NCBI GenBank assembly: GCA_001179505.1
Contig: CDMY01000822.1
Span: 1-17,576 of the forward strand
Length of the DNA: 17,576 nt
Source of the DNA: Vitrella brassicaformis CCMP3155
Taxonomy: Eukaryota > Protista > Chromerida
Direction: 5' to 3'
Below, one piece after another: positions 1-8,860 of the stretch. Made by a program: the position numbers and the translations under genes. A model generated the notes under the pieces. It saw nothing but the letters and a program-made list of their open reading frames with translations, searched no databases and was not told the origin of the DNA. How positions within the stretch are numbered: the stretch's first letter is position 1; every line of letters starts with the position of its first letter.

Positions 1-1679
1 CCTTTCTCGTTGCATGCGCAACAGGGGGGCCCGCCGCCGTCTCGCGGGATGAGGGTAGGTGGAGGGGGTTGGGTGTAGTCCGATACACGCTCGCTCATCC
101 GAAAAGGAGGAGAAACAGCCGAGAAATCACCAACTCAATCATGGGGGTGTGGCAATCAACGCACCAGAAACCCGAGAGAAACCGATTCTCCGGGTTTTTT
201 GCCGGCGTTTTTCGCGCGAACGCGTGAGCGGATTTGAAGCTCGAAGCAAACTCGTTCCTTGCAGTGACCCCCTCCACACATATCACAAAGCAGATCTTGA
301 AAAGACCCCCTAGAAAAAAGTTGGTTTCGCTCTGCAGCAAAAATTTGGTTTGCGAGCTGATAACCACCTCCAGCTCATCTTTCTCCCGCATTCACGTGTG
401 GCGTTGCCGATCCGTCCATCCATAGCATGTGAGCACAGAGCTTCGGTCATGCCCTGCCGGTGTGCCTCCTACCTGTTTGTTGTGGATGGATACATCAATG
501 GATGATGAACAGACGTATTCGATAAGGCACGCATCCAATCCAGTTTTTGCTTTGTACAGATCAGTAGGTACAGCGCTGTAAGGTGTCTGCATACTGTGAG
601 GAGTCGTTCCTCGTCTTTTTTCTTCTCTCTTTTCCCCTTTCCTTTCTTAGCTTCCTTTTTCCTGTGTTAGTCCCTGTATGTCTTCGCAATATCGCCCCCT
701 CCCCCTTGAATGGGGGAGGGGGCTGCAGAAGGTCAGCTTCCATGAACCAATGGTCACTTGCAGGAAAGAGAGCGCCAGCCGCACACCCACACAAGGTGCA
801 AAGGGAGGCGACTGACACAGCATTCTTCCGGCTTACACACATACACTCATTTGTGTGCTCCCGGGTTTGCCAGGTGTGTTGATGTTCCGTTCGGCCGCAT
901 TTGGCCGCATTGCCGCCCTCTCTACTGCACGGTGAGGTGATGGCCGTCACGCAGTATTCCGGCTTACACACACTCATTTGTGTCTTCCGATGTGCGGGTC
1001 TTCTCGCATTTGATGTGTCAATGCGCCACCGATCCATGCATCCATAGTATGTGTGTTCCTGTCTGTTTCTCGTAAAGGGATACATCAACGGATGGCGATT
1101 TTAGAGAGTGCCTGTAGAGCGAGAGCGGTGAGAGAGGTTAGCTTTATGTTATATGCATTTAGTGGGTGTTTGCTTTGTACAGACAGGGACGGAGCTGTGA
1201 GAGGTGCTTGCGTACTGGTAAAGCTCTGCCGGAGCTGGCCAGCCGCTCCTCGCTTTTGCTTGTGTCGCACCAGTAGCGGTGGGACAGCGGCGATGTAGCA
1301 TGTACCTGTCTCGAAAATGAGTGAGATTCTGAACTTCAAGTTGATTATGGCGCCTTCCATATTATGATCTTTATGATCTTTAGCTTTTTTCCTGTGTTGT
1401 CGCCCCCTCCCTTCCTGTCTGTCTTCCTACATGCCTCTCTCTATGCCTCCCTTCCTACCACCTCTTCATCTATTCACCCTCTTTGCCTCCTTTTGTTGTA
1501 GCTGTCAAGTGGCAAGTCTCTTCTAGTAACCTGAGGGCCTCGTCAGTATGTTGACGGGGAGAGGGGGAATATTGAAACAAAGAGGAGCCTAGTACGTGAA
1601 ATACCCAAAAAGCATGAGTTCCCCTCATGCTTTTCTCCTCGATCATTGCATGTGTGCATTCGTCATGCCTCTCTGAGCC

Positions 1680-1896
1680 ACGGTTGCTGGCTACAAGGCA
1701 CGCTTGCTGGCAACGGGCCTTGGTGCTCATCGCCAGTCTCGGTTGCTGGTACCAAAGGGTGGTTGCTGGCCACAAAGGACGGTTGCTGGTAACAGATCTT
1801 GGTTGCTGGCACCCAGTGCTTGTTGTTTGCAGTGAAGGGCGGTTGCTGGCAGCGGCCCTTGGTTGCTAGCTTGCAACACATATGCCCAGCAACCGT
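1680..1896. repeat. 20-bp-period tandem array (conserved GGTTGCTGGY decamer + variable 10-mer) bounded by an 11-bp inverted repeat
   Basis: The motif or a variant starts at 1682, 1702, 1722, 1741, 1761, 1781, 1801, 1821, 1841 and 1861. ACGGTTGCTGG (1680-1690) is the exact reverse complement of CCAGCAACCGT (1886-1896). Confidence 0.9.
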
Positions 1897-1925
1897 CCAA
1901 ATTCCCCTTGTATTGTTTCTGAGTC

Positions 1926-1949
1926 TTCATTCATTCATTCATTCATTCA
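1926..1949. repeat. (TTCA)6 microsatellite
   Basis: Six perfect TTCA units read directly. Confidence 0.95.
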
Positions 1950-2080
1950 GCGTCTTCTATGAACGCATGAAGATGCATCCATGGAAACGATAACGCAGCC
2001 CTGCAAAAACGAGGCAGGGACCAGGGCGGCGAGTCCGGCTCACCAAGGTTTCCCTTGGCTACCCCTGGGTTTCGGGAAAA

Positions 2081-2526
2081 ATGCCAGATCTGTCTGAGGT
2101 CTGCGTGCTGTGACGTGTCACCCCGATGGCGGGGGGCTGCCCGGCTTGTATACTTCCCCCGGGCCAGGGGAGGTGGTGTGCCGCACCGTTCAGCCTTGGA
2201 GGAGGGTGTTAAGGAGAGATGGGTTTGACATGAATGAGTTTGCAAAAGAAGTACTCCCAAAGAAGTTAGAATTTTAAGTAGATTTCATTGGGTGTGGAGA
2301 GAAGACGGTGGACTTTGTCAAGGTGCTCGCCAAGCGGAAGCCCCGCCACACCTCCATTCCCATGGAGGAGGACGCAGCTTTTGGAGCAAGCGTCATCAAC
2401 CATTGGAGCCAGCTTTTGTCCGTCGAGCTGATGATGCACAACGCGTTCCAAGTGGCGTGTCGTGACAACGCGCTGCGGTCGCCAGAGGGCCACGGAGGGC
2501 CAGCGCGTTCCCAGGGGACTTTGTGA
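2081..2526 (+). mobile_element. Degenerate 3' remnant of an RLE-type (CRE-like) non-LTR retrotransposon, endonuclease C-terminus
   Basis: 2281-2526 translates DFIGCGEKTVDFVKVLAKR...FGASVINHWSQLLSVELMMHNAFQV. This matches the typical tail after the RLE core (F-x-G-x-x-G...F...W...LSV-x-L-x-x-x-N). Frameshifted scraps upstream (MPDL at 2081, CDVS at ~2109) resemble the PD..D core but are weak. Confidence 0.6.
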
Positions 2527-2813
2527 TCCGCGGGCGTATAGGCCACACACCAGCCCCGCTTCGGGGCTGTGAGGTGCCTGGCTGGATCTGGATGCTGTGT
2601 GTACCGTGGTGCATGTCTCGCACTTGATTGTGTCTGTATAGTGCGCGGCATGTATATGTTTGCAGGCAATGATGGTTGCTCATTTGCTTTGCACACCAGC
2701 TGGATGGATGGATGGACATGTTTGGGAGCAATTATAACGATATGTTGCTTCTCTGTGTAGTCTTTCGATTCGGGGAACTACCACGCGACATGTACACCGG
2801 AGAGGCTGGCCGC

Positions 2814-5245
2814 TCAGTCGGCAGCGACCAAAACAGGGTGGACGGGGAGCGCAGCTGCATGGGCGACGAGGAAAAGGACCAAATCAGAATGTTTTCTTTT
2901 TCCTGCCTTATTAGGTTTTCCCTACCATGTAGATAGATGGCGCGCCTCAACCACATGCTTATATGTACATTCGATCTCGTGAATCTGCGAAACGTGTACA
3001 CTGCGAGTATGATTCATCAGCTTTCCGCACTGTACCTATCAAACGCGACAGAAGAATAAAGGGGACGAAAGCCCGGTATGTAGCGCCTTGATGTGAGCAG
3101 AAAGGTGAAGTGATTACGCGCAACCTGAGCAACATCTACTATCCCTTGTCAACACTTTGTCGGCCCTTTCGGCTTCGTTACCTTTCCACTATCCTCCTCT
3201 TTGGATACTTCACAGACTTCACGAGATGGATGAAGAAATCGTGAAACTCCATTCTCTTGATAAACACACATGTGTTTCTCCCGCCCTCGATTCCCTCGTT
3301 CGCCTTTCTTACGAGCAGCAGAGGCGTCTATGTGCAGTCTACAGAAGCCCACCGCGCTGCCTGGAACGAATTGCTGACGAGAATGTGGAACTGCAGGATT
3401 TGAGCTCGTTTCGTTGGTCAAGTCGATTTGCAGCGGAATGAGTGAATAGCGGATCCAATTACTGACGTTCGCCCACCGGGACACAGCTTGGCCCAGCACG
3501 TTCGGATGGATCGCTTCCACCACAGACGTCTCGTTTCCAATTATGAACGACGCACCATTGTGTTTTCTTTGCATCATCACATTCAGAGTCTGGAAAGACA
3601 AAAGCGACAGCCTAAATGTATCCAGAGTTGCCGAAAGTGGCTGCACCCCCTTCGTACCGTCAAAGCGTGGCCACCAGGGTAGTTGTAGATGGAAGCTATC
3701 AGACGAATCTGATGAGAAACAGCACATTATGTCACGCCAGAGGGCCGATATCCAGGCAGCCTACGTTGCTCAGAATGGCCGTGCTGCCCATGACGAACAA
3801 GGTGAGGATCCAAAACAGCAATCTTGAGGATCAATGCAAGGAACATGGGAAATTTAGCGATAAGCCATTTCTGCTGACCTCAGCCCCCCTCGCTTGACTT
3901 CATCGCCATCGCGTGCTTTTGGGCGCCCATTGGAGAATCGCTCGAGAAACTGGCTGAGTCCAATTGCCAGAAAAGCTGTGAGGGCCAAGAGGCTTGGGAA
4001 GATGAAGCGCACCTCCTTGTGGCCTCGAATACGTGTTCACACAGGAGAGACGTTTTGACGATCACATCCTCCTCCCCTCGACACCGGGCAGCTCACCGAG
4101 TTTTGACAGCGCGTAGACCGGGGCAAGCCACACTCCGAAGCACTCCCAGGTCAAACGACGCCGATCGGGGGAGAAAATGCACATCATCGGGAGAAAAATC
4201 AGCAAAGGGCCCATCGACTTTGGCACAGCGCTTGTGAAGTACCTGTATCCACCGATTTAACTAGCTTTTCATTGTTCGACGGCCCTACTCTTGCTTACCA
4301 GTGCCAGGATGCCACACCCCATAAGCGGCTCTTGTCCTGCACTGCGTTGAAGAAGAAAACCATCCCCTCAGGCCACACAAACCCCCAGTCAGCAGCATCT
4401 AATGCTGTGAGTGAGGATCCAAACCATGACAAAGGCTTTTGCAACAATGCACCGAGACGACGGGCAGGGATGGCACGCAGGACGTCCCAAGCTGTCATGG
4501 TGAATGGCGTGTTGAACCAGAAGAACGAGTCGACGGCGATAGATAACGCAACTCCCCCCAAACCACTCATCAGACATGACAGAAGAATCTCCATGAGATT
4601 CAGGCGGTTCGAAACAAGCCACAAATCGAGAGATGCGGCTACCGCCACGAGAATCAGCTCAGATCGAAAGACAACTGCCGCGAAGGTAAGTAAACACAGG
4701 ACTCCTTGCGAAAGTTGACGACTTCGTACGTCCGTCGAGTCATCCTGACCAGTAATCCAACAAGCAAAGGCGAGCGAAGAGAGAATTAGCCCGAACGTGT
4801 TGGGGAGGAATCTTGAGAGATAGAATGGGATATGGAACTGTGCTGATAGCATCAAGTTGAAACACACGCCTGTCGATCTGCCGAACCGACGCTGCAGGGC
4901 GCCCTTAACGCAGCGGAGAGCAGCAAGCCCGAGAAGTGCAAGCACAAAACGCGATAAGAGAAGATCACCCATCTTGGCAGGAAGCGAAGGGAACCAGACA
5001 AAGCCACATACCTCCACGACGACCTTGACGGTCTTTGTAATTACTGCCACAATGATTGCACCGAGGAAAGAGCGCGGAACGACCCCAGGAAAGCTTCGGT
5101 GGTCGTATTCTTCCAGCTGCTTCACGCCGTACGTCATCAAATCGTGGACCGCTTGTGTGTTGAATGACTCCTCCACCTTTGTGAAAGGGCATAGCGGAAT
5201 GGGAGCCAACACGGACATCCAGAGGATTATGTCGCTGAGATCCAT
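2814..5245 (-). CDS. ALG12: Dol-P-Man:Man7GlcNAc2-PP-Dol alpha-1,6-mannosyltransferase (glycosyltransferase family 22), multi-exon
   Basis: Family motifs CPFTKVEESFN, PRSFLG, RFLPNTFGL, FRSEL, WPEG, HWYFTSAVPK, GHKEVRF, NYPGG and HIDASAAQNGVSRFL appear in order after splicing. Exons by eye: 5245-4299, 4242-4097, 4023-3879, 3822-3765, 3708-3658, 3589-3313 (may hide introns), 3255-3182, 3124-3036, 2984-2926, 2854-2814. All introns are GT-AG. The last two exons are less certain. Confidence 0.93.
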
Positions 5246-5538
5246 CCAGAACTCCCCTCAGCTTACTAGGGAGTACGCTCTTACCTTACCTTCGGTCCCT
5301 CTTAATTCATTCTCACGCTTGCGGTTTCAGGGAGCACCCTAGGCGGCCTGACGGCCAAGTCCCCTGTGGTCTGTCCAACATGAAAACACGCACCCTAACA
5401 TGCAACCCGGACACGCAACACGCAGCATGCAGAGGGCAGATGCAGCAAGCAGGTGGATATGCAATGCGCTGCGAACGACGGTAACATACGAGCAGGCACA
5501 CAACGTCGCACACGCGCCACCCCAGCAACCTGAAGGCG

Positions 5539-5562
5539 GCGTGCGTGCGTGCGTGCGTGCGT
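5539..5562. repeat. (GCGT)n microsatellite
   Basis: About 5-6 GCGT/GTGC units read directly. Confidence 0.85.
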
Positions 5563-5800
5563 GGTGCACCATGACTCCATACGCACATACCGCCCATCCC
5601 CAGGTGGCCAGCCAGTGCAGATCGACCAGTCACACACAAACACGCCCTTACAACAACCACGCACGGGGTTCTGGGGGTGTATGAGAGCGCACCGCCGCCC
5701 CAGTCTCCACGGCGGAGAGGGGCGGCAGGCGGCCGACCCGTAGACACCCTCAGGGCATACCCATACACATCACCGCAGGGAAAAGCAGGAGGGCGGCAAG

Positions 5801-5979
5801 ACACACACACAGACCACGGCCACACCCACACCCACACCCCTACACACACGCACACGCACCCATACCCACACCCACACATACACGCAGGAATACCAATACC
5901 TTACACGCATACCCACGCCCACACCCACACCCACACTCACACCCCTACACACTTACACACACACACACACACACACACA
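5801..5979. repeat. Compound (CA)n/(CCCACA)n microsatellite at the 3' end of the minus-strand retroelement fragment
   Basis: Pure AC run at 5955-5978. Degenerate CCCACA hexamers at 5822-5876 and 5911-5945. A 24-nt direct repeat (23/24 identical) at 5824-5847 and 5929-5952. Confidence 0.9.
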
Positions 5980-6812
5980 GAGGCACATGGAACGCACAGT
6001 GTGGCGAGGAAAAGACCTAGTGGGGTGAATAGGGGCCCCTCCCCCAGACCTCGTCTCTGGGGAAGGGGCGGATGAATGGTGTGGCGGCCACTCTTGCCGC
6101 GCACCTCAAGAGCACACTCGCGCCTGACTGCACACGACAAGAGGACCCACCATCGGGCCACGACACGGCCCGTCGAGAAATCCCTGTCGTCCCTGTAGTG
6201 AGCTTCATTCACTGCCTTGCCTAGCTTGTGCAAAAAGGTCTCCATAGTCGAAGACCAGCGTCCATACGACTCGAAGGTCAAAGGCAAAAGCATGTACCCT
6301 CCCCGTGCACAGGCAACGGCATACACGTCCCTCTTGCGCTTCTCGGCCACGCGAAGGGCCGAGCCAGGCCGCTGGTTGGTGAGGTTCCTGGGTTCGCCTG
6401 GGCGGTCGTCGTGGGTGGGGTGAGTGCCGGTGACGTCAGCCATGATCTTCGAGCCGTCATGCTGAGTGATCACCAGGTCCATCCGCTGTTTGTCGGTCGT
6501 TTGCGGGAGTGGGCACTGGCGGTCACGCAGAAGCTGCTCGGTCTTCACGCTGGGGCATCGGGCCTCCTTGCAGATGCGATAGACGGTCGCTTGGACGGTG
6601 TTGTGTCGACTGGTGAGGTAGCCGCGATTGGGGCACTTGACCATGTGGTCGCCACGGGGGTCGCAGGGCTTCGTGCACGCCCCACACGTCGTCGGTCCCT
6701 TCGCCAGGCCGAGCTGGAACTGCACATAATTGTTGATGTTGTGGGTTGGCTGCATGGTGGTTTGCGTCTGATCGGCTGTTCGGTTTGTGTCAGGATGCTG
6801 CTGCCATTCATG
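5937..6812 (-). mobile_element. 5'-truncated CRE-like non-LTR retrotransposon: zinc knuckle + restriction-like endonuclease + 3' end
   Basis: Translation shows CGACTKPCDPRGDHMVKC (zinc knuckle), SRHNTV (RH motif), RMDLVI...MADVT (PD..D-type core), AEKRKRDVY, PLTFESYGRW and RWWVLLSCAV. The frame extends upstream to HEWQQHP (~6810) and runs into the GT microsatellite downstream. Confidence 0.88.
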
Positions 6813-6833
6813 TTATCGTGTGATTGCCGTCAG

Positions 6834-7997
6834 GGAGGGCGATGCGGTCATCTCCAGCGACCTGGGCAGTCTGTTCGACGTGACTGGACAAAAAAGTGGC
6901 CGGGTCACAGGCAGTTCGAAGGGTTGTCTTGGCCCGCGACAACAAGACAGTAGTTTCCTATCCTGACCAGCCCTTCGTCCCAGACGAGAATGTCACGGTC
7001 AAGTTCGATCCCGGTTTTCGCGTGCGGCAGCCTGACAACCTCACTGAGCATGAGGCAGGCCCCTACGAATAGAGCTCAGATACGAAACGAGTACGAGGCA
7101 GCGAGCGGAAATGCAGTATTGCCGTTTGACTACGCGGATGACTATGTGGATGAGAACAATGAGCAGGAGGCGTTCGAACTTGGACCGACATCGATGGATC
7201 GCTACGGCACACTGCCCACGTGGGCCGGAAGTGGAGGCCATCTCCGGAGGGAGAAAAAGCCGCCTTAGAAGGGAGACACAAGGAATTTGGTACTGAGAAA
7301 GAGCTGTACTTATTTACTGTGGAGTGGGGGCCGGAACCTGGGGAGAAAGGCCACAACGTTATCGTCACGCGCGAGGTATGGACATGCAGCGCACATAGAC
7401 TATCGTTCGTGCGCACTGCTGTATAGGGAGATCTGTTTTGGTGGAGTCGGACGACTGACGGCACAATGCTGGGAGCGACACCGAGTGGCCATGTGGTAAT
7501 TTGGGACCAGGGGGCAAACGACAGCCGCCTTGCTATATGAGCTCAACTCGACCTATCAGATCGTGGACAGGCACAAACCGGGTGGATAGATAATCTGACG
7601 ACGATGATATAAGAAATGATGTTATGTGGAAGCAGGTCACGGCTATTTACGCGTGGACAAACACTCCATCTTCTTTGACGGCGACAACATTATATTGATG
7701 GCCTACCCAACGATGAACGGCATCATACATGGTGGTCAGTGAACCTGAGAGGAGGGGGGATCTCAGTATTGTGTCTCAACACTTATTCATTTGGGTCCTT
7801 TGCAGTGGTGCATGTGCTGGACGCTGCCAGGTGGGCATTTGTGCGCGCGTGTGTGTGTATGTGTATGTGTGTGTGTGTTTGAAAGGGGGGGACCGTGTCG
7901 TAGGAATGTGATACTGGAGTGGCGGACCATCGATGCATTCGCAGGCAAAGACTACGACCCTGCATTCGCAGACAAATTTCCATACCAACAATGCTGA
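6834..7997 (+). CDS. Orphan multi-exon protein-coding gene, 5' end not identified (hypothetical protein)
   Basis: Exons 6834-6895, 6951-7021, 7073-7115, 7167-7375, 7427-7495, 7560-7581, 7636-7734, 7806-7830 and 7886-7997 are joined by GT-AG introns of 55, 51, 51, 51, 64, 54, 71 and 55 nt. Splicing gives one stop-free frame (EGDAVISSDLGSLFDVTGQK-IVSYPDQPF...GDLFWWSRTT...HGYLRVDKHSIFFDGD...KFPYQQC*). No family recognised. Confidence 0.7.
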
Positions 7998-8038
7998 GCG
8001 GAGGGCGCACGGTAGGTCGCAGTTCACTCGCGAGCTTT

Positions 8039-8160
8039 TTCGGGACTCGCGAGCTTTGAGCGAGCGAGGCACGCTCTTACCCGAAGTTCGTGTTCGGGAC
8101 TCGCGAAGCTTGCTGAGCGTGGCACGCTCTTTCGGGACTCGCGAGTTTCACGAGCGTGGC
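8039..8160. repeat. Three degenerate tandem units (38-54 nt) beginning TTCGGGACTCGCGA and containing the near-palindrome GAGCGTGGCACGCTC
   Basis: Units start at 8039, 8093 and 8131. The palindrome has GAGCGTG/CACGCTC arms (perfect at 8115-8129). Confidence 0.85.
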
Positions 8161-8860
8161 ACACCCCGTGGAAGCCTCCTCTCCTGATCGGGCAACTTTT
8201 AAAACGTCCCAAATGTGCCGAAAAATATTTAAAAACCGTCAAATAGGCGGAATATATTTAAAACAACGCAAATAAATAAAAAATCGAGGAGAACTTTAGG
8301 CGATGACGGGGGGGGGGGGGGGGNNNNNNNNNNNNNNNNNNNNNNNNNNNNNNNNNNNNNNNNNNNNNNNNNNNNNNNNNNNNNNNNNNNNNNNNNNNNN
8401 NNNNNNNNNNNNNNNNNNNNNNNNNNNNNNNNNNNNNNNNNNNNNNNNNNNNNNNNNNNNNNNNNNNNNNNNNNNNNNNNNNNNNNNNNNNNNNNNNNNN
8501 NNNNNNNNNNNNNNNNNNNNNNNNNNNNNNNNNNNNNNNNNNNNNNNNNNNNNNNNNNNNNNNNNNNNNNNNNNNNNNNNNNNNNNNNNNNNNNNNNNNN
8601 NNNNNNNNNNNNNNNNNNNNNNNGGGTTCAGGAAATCCTGTTGTGAGGCTTTTGAGGCTTGTTCTAGCCATTGAAAACCCGTTTAAATCCTCTTCACTTC
8701 GCCACCTCCAAACCAGCCATCTACATTTTAAAACGTCCCAAACCCCTCAAAAAATCGAAGGAGTTATTTTTAAAAATTGCAAACAAAAATAAAAAAAGGG
8801 GAGTCATTTTAAAAAATCTCAAATACAAGGGAGGAGGCTTCCACGGGGCGTGGCACGCTC
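8152..8860. repeat. 30-bp inverted repeat pair (28/30) enclosing an AT-rich A-tract core, a G16 run and an assembly gap
   Basis: 8152-8181 GAGCGTGGCACACCCCGTGGAAGCCTCCTC versus 8831-8860 GAGGAGGCTTCCACGGGGCGTGGCACGCTC. An internal direct repeat TTTTAAAACGTCCCAAA lies at 8197-8213 and 8726-8742. Confidence 0.85.
8324..8623. other. Assembly gap (300 N placeholder)
   Basis: Exactly 300 N, the same as the other two gaps, so the true length is unknown. Confidence 0.98.

Noticed and set aside
291-313. CCCCCTAG as a Helitron 3' end
   Set aside because: There is no GC-rich hairpin ~12 nt upstream, and the next base is A rather than the expected T.
1680-1896. CRISPR array
   Set aside because: Repeats and spacers are only ~10 nt, the spacers are related to one another, there are no cas genes, and the context is a spliced eukaryote.
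2150-2172. U1 snRNA-like start (ATACTTCC...GGCCAGGGGAG)
   Set aside because: It lacks the exact ATACTTACCTG, the loop I/II motifs (GATCACGAAG, ATTGCAC) and an Sm site.
3709-3720. Hammerhead core CTGATGA...GAAA
   Set aside because: No stem II fits between the motifs, and it overlaps an ALG12 splice acceptor on the other strand.
5313-6075. ORFs rich in CV/HT dipeptides
   Set aside because: These are translations of the CA/GT microsatellites.
6890-7514. Pseudogene call for the orphan gene (A6, TAG 7070, G5)
   Set aside because: Each apparent lesion falls at or within a canonical intron of typical length, and splicing restores the frame.
8624-8632. Apicomplexan-type telomere repeat GGGTTCA
   Set aside because: A single unit beside a gap is not an array.
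8665-8672. Dinoflagellate spliced-leader fragment (TAGCCATT) as the CRE target
   Set aside because: Only 8 nt match, and the rest of the 22-nt leader and a donor GT are absent.
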